A stretch of 64,000 bases of DNA from Euprymna scolopes (Eukaryota): assembly GCA_053919585.1 (NCBI GenBank), contig CM132799.1. The stretch is one strand, 5' to 3'. The notes under the pieces are model-generated. The model was not told the DNA's origin. It ran no database searches and saw only the letters and a program-made list of their open reading frames with translations. The position numbers and the translations under genes are program-made. The first letter of the stretch is position 1, and every line of letters starts with the position of its first letter. Below, piece after piece: positions 40,068 to 53,489 of the stretch.

Positions 40068-40112
40068 CCTGCACTGATGATTCTGGAAGGATGAAACACT
40101 AGTGTCTGTAGG
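40068..40112 (+). ncRNA. Type I hammerhead ribozyme motif downstream of a degenerate tRNA-like head
   Basis: CCTGCA-CTGATGA-TTCTGGAAGGAT-GAAA-CACTAGTG-TC-TGTAGG: 6-bp stem I, intact core, palindromic helix III, GUC triplet; U-U at the base of stem II. Confidence 0.72.
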
Positions 40113-40614
40113 TATTAAAAATTATATTACACACTACCTGATGTCACAAAAGTTCCTAATTTCTATAAATTACAGAAATGAAAGCAAACTAATCATGCAC
40201 AAAAGATGATAGTTTACCCCCCCCCCCCAAAAAAAAAATTTGAGTGTCCAAAAATTCAAGGGACATAATTTTGTTTCTAAAAAGTATTGCAAAGTCTTAT
40301 ATAAAAACCCCTCTTTTTGCTGTTTCTAGAAAAAAAAATTTAATATTAATGTATTCTTGATCTACATTGACAATGCCTTGAAGGCCTTTCAAAATAATAA
40401 AACTGATTTATAATAAAGCTTTGAATTTACTTTTTAGCCATGTAGAATAACGATTAATCGCCTGCAAATGAAGTCTTAATGAAACTTTATTTATTTAACA
40501 TTAGTTATTGAACCGGTGATCAGATTTTGGATGCTGTTTGTATTTTTCTGTATTTGTAACACATGCAACGATTTCTTTAGCAAGTCCACATAGATGATTA
40601 GCCAATGAAAAATT

Positions 40615-41530
40615 GAGGAATGTCTCTTATTAAAGGAAATATTCAGATAGTTATATCATGTAATCTAAAAATCGATTAAAATTTCTTTTTTTTTTTTATT
40701 GTTTTAAAAATGCAGACAACAGAATTGTCAAGTGACTGGCTAGTTAGAATCAAATATTGTCAATTTAAAGTTTGCTTCCTCTAAAAAAAAAAAATATGGT
40801 AGAATACAATACAGTAGCCTTTAAATCCAATGTAAACAAATTCTTGTCCTCATAATCAAATTCTACCCAGTTTACACCATTAACGATTCTATACTACCAT
40901 CTTACATTCACTAGCCCTTATGCTTGAGTGGCTTTTGTGCCTTGATAAGTGGTGACTCCCATGTTGTTGAAAGCCTTCTGTGACTAAAATAGAGAACGAG
41001 CCTTTTATTATGTAGATATATATTTTATGTTGAATGTTTTGACTTTTTTTTTCTCCCCTTTTAGGTTTCTCAAAAAAAAAAAAATCACTAATTAAATATA
41101 GTGAATTTAATAAAAAATTTAGTGATCTATATTTTCGTTTTTTTTTTTTTTTTATCTTACTGTTATATCTGATTGATAAAATGATAATTGGGAAATGTTA
41201 GAGGAAATATTCTGACGGATATATTATGTAATCTATAAAATTGATTAGAATTTCAATTTTTTATTGATTTAAGAACGTTGACAACATACTTGTCATACAT
41301 GACTAGCTAATTTGAATTAAATATTGATTTTGTTGAAAGAAAACTTTCTATGACTAAAAAGGAGAGCCAGACTTACTATATAGATATGACCTATTTTTTT
41401 TACTTTTTTTTTCTTCTTTCAGGTTTCTCAAAAAACAAAACCAAACACTAAATATAGTGAATTTGATAAAATTTAGTTCTTTATTTTCATTTTTTTTTTT
41501 TTCTTTTGTCTTAACTTGCTGATTGAAGAG
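40615..41530. repeat. Old tandem duplication (~330-bp unit); first unit carries a later mariner-TIR/CR1-tail insertion (~40757-40965)
   Basis: gaaatattc..tgtaatcta..gacaaca..aaatattg..tgactaaaa..aggtttctcaaaaaa..aaatatagtgaattt appears twice. Confidence 0.7.
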
Positions 41531-42073
41531 TGTATAGAAATTGTATTAAAATGATTTATACATGTTCTATAATGTTAGCGTATTTTAAGACTGGTTACTG
41601 GTGACCAAGCCTTGATGTTTTCCAGTGAAATCAATGAAATTCTTTTACGATATAGATTTTTCTTTCTTTATCCTTAACACACCCACCCACACACACTAAA
41701 TTGGTTTTATACTATTAATTCTTTTATGTTCTCGCTCATTCCCCCAATCATCAACTTATTTCACTTATCTCTATTTAAATGTCTATTATTTACTTCAAAA
41801 GCCGATTTCCTCAAATAGAATTTTATTGAGAACATCAGAATTCTCAAATGTGAAAACTTTGAATAAAAATTCTATAAGGCTTTCTTTTTAGCGGGGTTTG
41901 AACAGAGAGAAAATGGTGTCCTGCTAAGACAAAGATATTTGCTGATCGACTTTTCTTTCGAGGCAATATTCATATTTTTCTCAAATTTAGATTTTGGAAT
42001 CTATTCTTTCTTTGTCTTTGAATGCACACACATTCATATGTGTCCGTTATTGTTCATGTATATATAAAATGAG

Positions 42074-42251
42074 AATATATTTGTTTATACAAACGTTGGC
42101 TACATATGTGCACACACGTTTCAGCTGCAGCTCATTTTAGATAAACATCTTCAGGCCTCATCTTTTAAAAACCAAGCTCTGTCTCTGAAATGAGTTGCAG
42201 CAGAAACATGTATGCACATATGTAGCCAATGTTTGTATAAATAAATATATT
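42074..42251. repeat. Tail-out palindrome with degenerate hammerhead core
   Basis: Minus arm CTGAAGA...cagctGAAACGTGTG; plus arm ...cagcaGAAACATGTA. Confidence 0.7.
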
Positions 42252-42702
42252 ATAATTATGCACTGCTTGTGATTGCTGGAGTTTAAGTTGATTTACATCT
42301 AGGAAACTACTACAATATAACTAATATACACACACACACACACACACACAAATACATGTATCTATGCCTTTTCTTTTAAATACTTATATATATATATATA
42401 TATAGTGTGTCAGTGTTTAAGGGAAAAGGCATAGATAAATATATTTGTGTCGGGTGTATGTTGAAAACAAACCAAGAAAGTGCTCAATCATGAGAATGTG
42501 AGAGCTAAAACCTATTGTCCATTAGATTCTAAATGTATTATGGTTTCATTGACACAGGTAGGTCTTTATTATTAAAAAAGTTCCTTAGAACTCATTTCAA
42601 ATCATTAACCTCTCGCAAAGTAAAGACAGTTTTAAACATGGAACAGCTGGCAATGATCACCACTTTTATCACGTTCCCCCCACCCACTAAGTTATTTATT
42701 TG

Positions 42703-42750
<48 letters not shown>

Positions 42751-43549
42751 TTCTAAACTTTTACAGCTCGTCAGTGTGACTAGAAAAGTTGATCCTTTAA
42801 GCAGAGATCAAAACTAGACTGTTGGGTTAAGTCTGCCCTTAACCCATATGCTGTCTATGCTACAAAGGAAGGAATATTTAAATGCCTTTGTTTACACATT
42901 ATCTGCTTCCTAGATTGCTCTATTTTTTTACCAAAAGCTATGCATTGTTTTTACTGAATCTCTCGATCAGAACAAAACTAAATTGATACAGGAGATCTTG
43001 AACAAAGGTCTCGCTATACTTCCAAATGCAATTGTCATTTTTTTTTTCTTTTAATTGCATTTGGCTTAACATGTTGCAGTTTTTACAGCATTAGTGATTA
43101 GCAAAAATGTATCAACCAATCTTTAGCATCTGGCATACTTCTGCAGATGATTATGATGCTGCAGAACTACAATAACATGTTAAGCTAACTACAATCATTT
43201 TTTTTGTTTATTATTATTGATATAGTTCGCCTGGGCAGCACTTGATAAGATTACTATAAAGTGAGGTGTTTACCCATTTAATTTTATTTCAAATAGAAAA
43301 ATAAAGACTACCTATAAATTTCATTGATTTTTTTTTTCTTTGTATAGAAAAATAAAGATTGCTTGTAAACTTCATTGATTTTTTTTAATGCCTATAAAAA
43401 GTAATTCTTTGTTCCTTTTCACCCTCAATTTATTTCATAAAAAAAAATTCGTCAGTCAGTCATTTACTTTTTTTATTTTTTTTATTTTATTTTAAAGTTA
43501 AGTTTTTCTCTCTTATTAACATCTACCACAATTGCCCTAAGTTCATATA

Positions 43550-43697
43550 CAGTGTAACCTGGTTATGAGACCAAACATAAGAAAAACGGATAAAAGATTT
43601 TCTTTGGTCCCAAATTAGAGCCTGTGTACAGTGTGACCCGGATATAAGATAGCTGTGGGGACCAGAGAAGAAGTCTCTTATATCCGGGTTACACTGT
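43550..43697. mobile_element. Short pogo/Tigger-like MITE
   Basis: TA|cagtgtaacctgg ... ccgggttacactg|TA with an internal second cagtgtgacccggatataaga copy. Confidence 0.7.
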
Positions 43698-44016
43698 ACT
43701 TTAAAATATCGGAATTTAAACATCAACATTAATTGAAGTGAATATTTTGTCTCTAGACATTGGAAATGCTAATTTAGTGCCATTATATTTCTTTTCTTGC
43801 TACTGAAAACCAAGTGACTTGTTTAAATGCGAGTCATTTGTTATTTTTGCCTTTGTAAAGCCACAAATCGATTTCAGATTTTTTTCTTCAGAAATTAGTT
43901 TATTTGCACTTCATTCTTTTCAACTATAATTATTTTATAATCAGGTTTTCTTTACTTGCATCTCAATTATTTTGTCAGTTATGATATGTCATGAAATTGT
44001 TAAAATATGTAATTAC

Positions 44017-44715
44017 TAGTGATGGGACGATTCCAATATTTTTCCCCGATTCCGATACAATTACCGATTCTGTACAAAATTCTCAATTCCGATAAAATTT
44101 CTGATTCTTTATAAATCTCTAAATATTTTGCTATGAAAGTGTTATTTTGTCCCGATCACCGTAAGAAAGCATCTTAAATGTGCATATATTTTCTCAAACA
44201 TAAAAACGGTCCTGGATATGACCTTAAACTATATCCAGTGGTGAGGCTCCAGCTTGCGGGCTTTGGGGAGTGTGGAGCCACCCTTTAATTACTATTGCTC
44301 CCAGGTTCACTCTGACCTAGAGTGGTAGTACCTGTTAGGGTCCCAACTATGGGTTAAATAGAAACCGACTTGAAAACAAATATATTCTATTAAAAAAATT
44401 TTCTTCAAAATCTTTGGATTCGGCATTAAATAGCCCGAAAAGGGTTGATATGCCGTAAAACAACCAACCAATCAAACATAAAAACACACTTGTGAGGGGG
44501 GTTATCTAGAGATTTTAGTCTTATTGGAAGCTTAAATCAGTAATTTATGATTACTAGAAGCAGTGGAACATGTTTTATAGAAACAAAATTAAATAAAACC
44601 GATAATTAAAGGAATCGGTTTTGGCATCGGAAAATAGGCTCAAATTTTCCCAATACCGATTCCGATATCCCAAAAGCTCCGATTTTTAAGATTCCGATTA
44701 ATCGTCCCAACATTA
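44017..44715 (+). mobile_element. hAT-like MITE (TAGTG family) with nested PK SINE
   Basis: TIRs tagtgatgggacgatt / aatcgtcccaacatta; perfect 8-bp TSD gtaattac (44009-44016 / 44716-44723). Confidence 0.9.
44208..44471 (+). mobile_element. Family PK SINE-like element, short form
   Basis: Starts GGTCCTGGATATGACC; 14-bp TSD tcaaacataaaaac (44194-44207 / 44472-44485). Confidence 0.92.
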
Positions 44716-44722
44716 GTAATTA

Positions 44723-45202
44723 CACTGCGCAACAATCAAAAGTACAGAAGATCTGCAGGCATTTTTATATGCGCAATAGCATGTAAAATCCGTTTTTGGC
44801 TTTTTTGTTGAATTAGGTATAGTTTTCTGCAAAACTGTCACTTTTGAGAATTTTGTGGAGAATGTTAGGGATGAAAATGGCGAGAAATTCCATCAAGATA
44901 TTTCAGTGATGGAGAAACGTTTTAAAAGAAAATGGAACCCTGGCATGCTTGCTAGACTACTGCTGGAATAGAAAAAGGGTTGAGTAACACTCAACATAAA
45001 AGGGTTAAGAGGAAAAATGTTTGAACTGAGAATTTTATGTTTTTCATTTGTAACCAATAATAATGATAAAATATGATTACATGAAAACGGTACCTAATCT
45101 AGAGAAATAAAAGTCAGATTTAGAATCAGGATATTTTTTCTTGCATTGAAACAGGTCTTATGTGGCATGTACTTTCTTTAATCTGAAATTTGTTGCACAG
45201 TG
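44723..45202 (+). mobile_element. Chapaev3-like (CMC) DNA transposon deletion derivative
   Basis: TIRs cactgcgcaacaa / ttgttgcacagtg, tta on both sides; residual ENVRDENGEKFHQDISVMEKRFKRKWNPGML matching the SDExGERFHQD motif. Confidence 0.8.
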
Positions 45203-45820
45203 TTATTGAAAAATTTTTCTTTAAGGAATCTACTTTAAATTAGCCAATGAAAACGTTTAAAGTTATTTATTACTGGTGAATATCAAAAAACTTATTAAAT
45301 TTGTTCCTCCTGTGTTTTTGGTAACGTTGGAGAACTTCTAATTATGGTTATTCAAAAATTAAATAGTAAACCGGATTAAATATTAAAATAGATCAGAAAT
45401 GAAAATTTTCTTAAGAACACATACCAATATTTGCCTTATGACTGATTTAACGAATTTTATAAATTATCACGTATTTAAAAAGAATATTTAAATCAAATAC
45501 ACCTGTCAAGGACTGGCTCTAATTTATATATGATATAGTGTAATTCAGTGTGATGGGGAAAAGGAGTGCTCAATTACTTGTGAAAAGCATGTTTTTTTAT
45601 GGACACTATTATGATTATCCTTTGGTTTTATGGGAACATTGAAAATTCAACCCGCAGGATTAAGGATACCAAATGCGACCGGTTCATCAGCCAATATAAT
45701 GATAGTGGCTATTCTTTGTCTGGTGAGTAACACTAGCATCACCCTGTGGGTTGAGTTTTCAATGCTTTTGTGTAACTGAAGGTATTCATGAATAGTCATA
45801 AGGTATAAGTGTCGAAAAAA

Positions 45821-46095
45821 TATAATTTCCTTGACATACTGGTTCCCATTGTATCACCAGAATTAAGCAATGTTGAGCCTGGTCAGTACTAAAGTGGGTG
45901 ACCATTTAGGAATTCCAGGTCCTGTATGTGCCCTCCACTTATGTCTATTGTTTCCAGTCATCTAGCTCTTCTCCTTGCCACTGGACTCGAGCAGTGTTGA
46001 TCAGGAGAGGTGTGGTTGGAGCTTGCACAACCCTTGCCTCACAATTACACACACCGGTACCCTTACAGGGGGGGGGGGTCCATTGTCTCTTGAGA
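45821..46095 (+). mobile_element. 5S rRNA-derived SINE (SINE3-type)
   Basis: 5S-like head 45821-45928 plus body shared with the 36861 and 29610 copies. Confidence 0.8.
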
Positions 46096-46585
46096 AATAT
46101 TTATTTGAAATTTGACTTAAAAAAATAAAATAAATAAAAAAAATGACTGTAAAAGATAATGATTCACGATTTCCACAAAGCCAGAGCTGTCACTTCACTT
46201 CTGGAAAATATGCAGATTTCGTTTTTCTATTTTTGTCTTTTTGTAAAGAGATAAACTGCCATAAACAATTTTATCTGATCATTTAGGCGGAACTAGTTTA
46301 TTCTTGGCAGTTGAATTTCTGGGGAGCCGAGATAAGTATAAGAATTCGGCAGACTCATGGAGACATGCCCAGAATTTTTCTGCTCTTCAACTGAAATCGT
46401 GTTCTATTTTGGCTTTTGTTGCTCTGTGAGAATTTTGTCTCAATTTATATACAGCTCCTGATACAAGCACATACAAACCTTCACATTAATGGTGCTTTGA
46501 AATTATTCGGCCCGTTTGTTATAATGGTAAGAATTTCTCAATTGAATCCTAGTAAAGACTAAAAAAAAAAACAAAAAAAAAAAAC

Positions 46586-46750
46586 AATGGTACTTGATGT
46601 CCTCGTTGCTAAAACACTCGGCGTTATAAGATCAAGGGCAAGTGGAGTAATCCTAGGAATGGGATGGTGCCCTTCCATTACACCTAGGTGTAGTAGCTAA
46701 TGAAAAGGGAGCTTTTAAGTTGCCTTTGACTATAGTCGTCCACTTAACTT
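46586..46750 (+). mobile_element. SINE body fragment resembling Meta-domain SINEs
   Basis: aatggtacttgatgtcctc..gctaaaacactcggc..aagggcaagtggag..ggtgtagtagc..aaagggagc..actt; family assignment from recall, single copy here. Confidence 0.5.
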
Positions 46751-46769
46751 CTTTTTTTTTTAACAAGAA

Positions 46770-47030
46770 AATCACTTATCAAGATCCAAAAGCCACTTGA
46801 GGATAAGTTTTAATGAATGTAAGATGGTAGTGTAGTAATCGTTAATGGCGTAGATTAGGTAGAATTTGGATTATTTAAGAAAACGGCTCAACAAGAACTT
46901 GTTTATACTGGACTAAAAACTACCATATTGTAGTCGGTCGGGGTGCAAGCCAGTAGAACAGTGTTCCATGACGGGCAGTTCTAGGAAAGAAACTTTGTCC
47001 ATGGAAGCTGCGTTTAGATTTAGACACATT
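46770..47030 (-). mobile_element. CR1-like 3' fragment
   Basis: Same 3' UTR as the 9832 element; further pieces at ~34990-35150 (-). Confidence 0.75.
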
Positions 47031-48521
47031 TTAATTTCAAAAGCTATGTTTACATATTTCTATGTATAGTATCGCTTCTAAGCTAGTTAATCCATCATGA
47101 TGAATTTTTCTAACACCACTGCGATGTATAAAGGATCGTAATGTGATCTATTAGTTTTCTACAAAAAGGGTGCAACAGCATCAATGTTATTTTTTTCTCC
47201 TTTTCCTTTGCAAAATTCTTATGTTCTGCAAAACCCAAAACGTAAACGATTTTCCTTTACAAAACAACCAAACCAAACACCATGAATAAATATTTGAAGA
47301 TATCAAGAAGTTGAAGCATAAAAACTTACCGAAATGACCTATAAGAACCCTAAAAACAAAAACGAACCTTTACTTAGCATATGGTTTTAAACAAATCCAC
47401 TCGAGTGAAGTAGAAACCTTTTGTGAAAATTCAGGTACTTACCGATTTATTTGTAAAATGTTCAGAATAACTGAAAAATATCAATTATTAAATAGTCCCC
47501 AAATTCCAATTTCTTTAGAGTATGTTAAAATTAAAAGCCAGCAAGGTAAATATATATATATATATATTTTTTTTTTTATCGAAAAATATAGTTGTCCCAC
47601 TTACAACTAAAATTTTATTGCTTTTCTGTATATACAGGGAAAGAAAGGAAGCGGATAAACGAAATATACAATAAACTCAAATGGTAGAATTTGATTCTTT
47701 ATTCTATTCATTTTTTTATATATACTATAGGGATGTGAATTGACTTTTTAACAAAATTCTTTTTTTTTTATTTTTAAATCCAGAAAAATTGCTCAAGCTA
47801 CTCAGATGCGAGTTGTTAGACTTTTGATTGGATTCCGCCTTTGATTTCATGATTTCATTGATCACAGAATAAATAAAAATCGTTCAATCTCATTGGTCAG
47901 TCTCTGAAGAGAAAATAACCAATATTTTATTCATCATAAACTGGAAATGAAAATTAGTCATCTTCATAGATATATATTAGTGTTTCTTATGTATGAAGCT
48001 CTCTATCTAGCAAGTGAAGGATGTAAACAAAGTAGGGAAAACTGCTTGCAGGTTGCGAATTCAATGGATTGAAGATAACTCGGCACCGTTTCTACAAATT
48101 TTATCTCCTACAAAGTTTTCCCTGTGGTTTGAAATTAGAAGCAATTTATTATCAAGAAGAAAACTAAATTTTAAAAAAGTATGTTAAAAAAAAAAAAAAA
48201 AAATTGCCATCCCTTCATCTATTAGCAAGTTCATGAAAACCAGCTGTTGTTTTTGCCATGAATTGCAAGTTCTTACTCATCAAAACTGTTACATAGAATT
48301 TTTTTTTCTGTGCTTATAGAAATATGTGCACAGGTAAAAATCGCACTTCCAAATAAATTAACTGAAAAGCTCTGACAGACAAAAAAAAATGAGGCAAAAA
48401 AGAAAAAGTATCGGCATTTAAAAATTAGGAAAAATTATCAAGTATAATCTTGATTAAAAAATCAGTCATATTGTATTTTTCCGATCCACTATTGAGAGAA
48501 ATGGAAATCCCATGAAACAAG

Positions 48522-48794
48522 GGGTCCTGAATATGACCTTAAACTATATCCGATGGTCCGGCCTTAGTTTGCGGGCTTTGGGGAGTGTGGAGCCACCCTT
48601 TAATTGCCATTGCTTCCAGGTCCACTCTGACCCGGAGTGGTAGTACTTGTTAGGGTCCCAACTATGGGTTAAATAGAAACTGACTTAAAAATATAAATAT
48701 AATCTATTAAAAAATTGTTCTTCAAAATCACTGGATTCGGCATTAAATAACCTGAAAAAGGTTGATATGCCGTAAAACAAAAATAACCAACCAA
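48522..48794 (+). mobile_element. Family PK SINE-like element, short form
   Basis: gggtcctgaatatgacc start; TSD cccatgaa(a/g)caag (48509-48521 / 48795-48807). Confidence 0.9.
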
Positions 48795-49754
48795 CCCATG
48801 AAGCAAGAGGGAGATAAGCCTGTCTGTCATTTAACCAAGTAATAATTAGGGCTATGACAACAGCATATTTTCATTGTTTTTACTCAAGTATATATCCGGC
48901 ACAGACACACTTAATCAAGTGAGAACCACATCACTCTACATAAAAACATAAGATATCAATAGATATATTCCTGAGGATCGAAACAATGAAAAGAATATGC
49001 TGTTGTCATAGCCCTAGTAATAATGAATGGCGAATGTACACAACATGGAAACTGATTTTTATTATTAATCCAAATTTTACTCATTAATTTTTAATTTTTG
49101 GTGAGGATGCTTTTTACTTGAAATACTTTTACCTATGCCTCATACTGTATAAGCACCTGTTTTTTCTTTTTTTTCTTTTTCAGAACTTATTTTTAACGAG
49201 TTATCTTTTTTTTATTTTGTTTTTACTATCTATTATGAAATATCTTTTAACTCTGATATTATTTATTCAATAATTGGTTTACCAACATTGTCATAATTAT
49301 GATTATATATCAAGTTGATGTATTTTTTTTTTTGATTGGTTTCTTCCAATTAATGTAGTAAAGTCAGACCCAAATAGCATTTAAGTTGACAAATCAAAGC
49401 CTTTGCTTCTTACTAACCAATTTTCATTTGTACTTTTATACCATGTTACTGGCCATACACTAATGTACTTAGCCACTATTTGTTTGAAACCTTTAGTACA
49501 ACCCAAATGACTGCTGGTAGAATTTTTTATTGAATCCCCTAAAAAAGAAAAATCAAGAATAGTGATAAGTAATTTAATGATATTCTCAAGTTGTGGACAC
49601 CTGTTTACCTTGATAATATTGTAAGTTGACTAGGATTAAAATAATTTTTTCGCAATACTATTATGTATTATATGATCCTGCCGAAATGTTTTTTTTTTTT
49701 TTTCTTAGATGTACTTCATATTGAGCATTAAAAATTGTTTAAAATTATATTTTC

Positions 49755-50110
49755 ACCTCAAACAAGGCGCACTGCCACTTTGAAGTAGGGGGTTACTATC
49801 AGGGACATAAGTTGCAGGGATACTATGTAGGAAGTTGAGCAGCAAGATGTCTGTTCACATTACACTTGAACTTCTGCATGTCAGTACAGTTGGAGAAGCA
49901 GGAACTCTGAAAGGAATTCCCAAGTTGAACAGTTCTGGGGAAGAAACTACTAGAATAGAAGGCTTTCTTACATCTAAGGATCTCTACTGTGTAGGGGCTA
50001 GACTTTGCTGCTTGTTGGGTTTGTCAAGGGTATTTACATCGGGGGGGGGGGTACGAGGGCACCATTAAAATACTTGTAAAACAGGCAGAGGGATGCTACA
50101 TTTTGTTGAT
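49755..50110 (-). mobile_element. CR1-like 3' fragment, different subfamily
   Basis: Minus strand resembles the CR1 ORF end (SFFPRTVQLG, frameshifted) but with a different 3' UTR. Confidence 0.55.
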
Positions 50111-51774
50111 GGGACAGAGATTGAAGCTTAGATGACATTTATACATATATTAAGTATTTGTTTGTTTATTTTTTTTTGTTTTTTTTAGATGCAGATCATT
50201 CCAATTTGTGCAATATAATATTTACACATTAACAGATAGAAAACAAAACCTAATTTCCTATTCTGGGAAATTTCAAACAAAGAATTCTCCAGTTTCCTTA
50301 GATATAATTGTTGTTGTTGTTGTTATCTGAAAGAAAGAACTGTTTTATTCATTTAAGTGTGACAATAATGAGCTTGGAATAGATCGCGGCACATTTACAA
50401 AAGATTTATTCAAATTTTGTGATAATGAAACCGCATGAATATAACTTATTTTTCATAACATTTGTTTTGATTTTATTTTTAATCTAATATTTCTTTTGAG
50501 AATTTGTGTGCATTAAGAACTAAATCTCCCCCCCCCCCACAATTTGCATTTTTAAACTTTAAAACCTGTGCATATGCTACTTGTAAAAAAAAAAAAAAAC
50601 TGCATGTTTTCATCTTGTTTGCTGTTTGTTCCTTTCTCCTTCTGATCCTATATATAAAGTTTGGATTTTTGAATGTCTTCTTGTGTAACATGAATTTCTT
50701 CATAAATTTCTTCATACATTGTATGTTGGCTGCATTTCTTTCAGTTTGTATTTAATCGTATTTGATTTTTGTCCTTTCAGATTCAATGTTATGCAAATAT
50801 GAAAATTACATTGGCACTCTGTCGTCGTTGCTTTCTATTTTTCTAATCTAATATCATGCTTATATATTAATGTTTCTAATTCACTGGCAGATGTTATACC
50901 ACTAAATTAATTGTTTATGATTGACCAGTAAAACAAAAGTTCAAAACTATAATATAAAGGGTCTGTATGTTTCTATGTCCAACTAAAATTTAAAAAATAC
51001 AAAACAACCAATCACAAAATTGGTGTTTTCTTGATAGGATGAATAATATCTAAAATTAAAGAAAAAATTTTTTTTCTTTTTTTTATACCTTGACGGGACG
51101 CAGACTTTTCAAGGTTGAGGGGTATTGGTTTTCCAGCCATTTGACATACTAAAGGGAAGTAACTCTGCTTCATTTAATCAGGGACTTCTCTTATACTGAC
51201 TCATTCCTGAAGAAATTTATAAAAATAAGTTGCAAGTGAGAGGAATGGGCTGGGCAGAGAAGAAAGAAGGGAGGGAGTGAAGCTGAAAATGAGAAGATAG
51301 AATTTTTAACCGAAATATGTGACACTTTAGCCTCGCGCTAGTATAATGTAAAACGGAAAACAATTAAGAATAATATAACTTTATTAAAAAAAAGCTTTAA
51401 TTTTTAACATTCATTTATTATGAATTTGAAAGTCTTTCGGTATGATGGATGACAAATGAAAAAAGGAATCTAGATTTATTCAGAATAGATAGTTAAAAAA
51501 ATTTTTTTTTAATGATGTTTAGCTAATGAGTAAGCTAAAGGAAGCTAAAAGACGATGAACAAAGTGAAGAAAACTGCTTGAGAATCAATAATTCAACTGA
51601 TCGCTGATAGCGCAGATACTTTGGTACTAAAAGAGTGGTTTCCATGTCCTTGCAGATGACGGGTTTCGTAATAACTTAAGTTCAGATAAGGAAATCATGA
51701 AAATCACACATACACACACAATTCCTACATCTATGTACCAAAAAAAAAAAAAAAATACGACACTGTTAAACCTA

Positions 51775-52050
51775 ACATAGTGATGTGGGACCAGAAGCAG
51801 AAAGAAGCAACTAAGAAGTTAGCGCTGTTTAACATCATTGGGGACACTGAGAGGGGAAAGATAACGAAATATCAAAGTCTTGTGTACAACCTAAAAAGAA
51901 AGTGGGATCTTAGGAAAATCTCTATCACTCCTGTAATAATACGAGCCATTGGACTCATGAAAAATAACCCAAAAAAACTACCTGGCAAATATACCCAGTG
52001 AATCAAGTGTAAGAGAGATAGAAACAATTTCACTTTAAGGGGCAGTTAGA
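51775..52050 (+). mobile_element. R4/Dong-like (restriction-like endonuclease) non-LTR retrotransposon C-terminal fragment
   Basis: ERGKITKYQSLVYNLKRKWDLRKISITPVIIRAIGLM fits the RLE pattern EKxxKYxxL..LKRxW...PxxIGAxG. Confidence 0.6.
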
Positions 52051-52258
52051 ATCTTAACAATCTCTCAGATGGAATGTATGAGATAGTGGGTGAATGTCCG
52101 GAATGCAGTAGGATGCCTCATCCCCAGCTAGAACTAAGAAAATTTAAGTGCTTATATTGTTTTGTAGATGTTAACCCAAACTCCAATGTTTCTAAAATAG
52201 TGCTCAATAATAGGTAGAGCTGAATTATAGTATAAATTTCTTTATTCATAGAACTATC

Positions 52259-52385
52259 ATTGGCTACATATGCGTAGATATGATTCAGCTGCAATCTTGT
52301 TCGGAATCCAGCTTCTTCAGTTGATATGCAGACCTGGAGAAGCTGGGCTTTGAATAAAATTGCAGCAAAACATGTATGAGCCGTC
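52259..52385. repeat. Tail-out palindrome with degenerate hammerhead cores
   Basis: Minus CTGAAGA-AGCTG..CAGCT-GAATC; plus CTGGAGA-AGCTG..CAGC-AAAACATGTA. Confidence 0.6.
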
Positions 52386-53454
52386 AATCTTAATGGAAAT
52401 ACAAATCAAATTGGATATTAAGTTGCAATCTCCGTATTTAGCAATATTAATTCTATTACAAAGATAAGCTATGGGAAAGTAGAAAATGGATCTTGGCTTT
52501 ACTTTCAGCAGCCTTGTAATACTCATCTTAATTTTGTCCTTTAATCCTCACGTTCTATGGGTGATATTTCTGACAAAGATGGTTGAATTGCTGTTTTTTG
52601 GTTTGGAATCTATCCATTGTTACAATATTTTTGCACTATAATGGGGTATGATCCCGCACAGTCGGGAGATTCTATTTATAAACGATGCTGCTAGAAACTG
52701 ACGAATCGAATTAATTCACGTTCTGCTACCAACCAATCAGAAACCAGAATTGCTCCATAAATATTAAACCTTTTCTGTAGCAATTTCGCATATGTTTTCT
52801 TTGTGTCAACACGGGAAGAATCTTTTGCTCTGTGGATTCCAACTCGAGAACTGTCTACTGCGAACCAGTCACCTCCAGGACTTGTGTAGAACAACGAACC
52901 ACCGGAAACTGTTCTGAAACAAAAAAAAAAAAAAAAAATGATAGGTCAATTTTATCCCATCTAAAGCTGCCTCTTTGAAGTACTGGATCTCCCCCTCCCC
53001 TCTCATAAAACTATAAAACTATTTTGTGTCTCATTTTGAAATATTTATTTGCACAAAATATAAAAATACATTATGAACAAATCAGGCACAAGGTCATTCA
53101 AAGGCGTGGAGATAATGGGTGTCCTTGGTCTCAAATACTTAAAATTGTCTATCCTGCTCTTAATTAAAAATGTCACCACAATACCACATTAACTCCAGGG
53201 GCTGTCCTACTTAAGATAAACCAAAATTTGAAAAGAGGCAAGTAAATACGGACCTAGTTTTGTTACTTAATGCAGATGCTGTCGAAGAATAAGTTTTTGG
53301 TGAATGGAAACCTCTCTTTGCAATAAACATTTGTTAATGATCGATTTTCAACAAATTATTCCTAGTTTCTACCACCTGAGAAAATCAATCATTTGAAGAA
53401 TAAGTAAGTTCCATTCTTCTGCTAATTTGATTCAGTTGGTCACTAAGTACGCAT

Positions 53455-53489
<35 letters not shown>

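Noticed and set aside
50781-50851. Alternative terminal exon after the strong acceptor cctttcag
   Set aside because: Short peptide with no homology and no independent support
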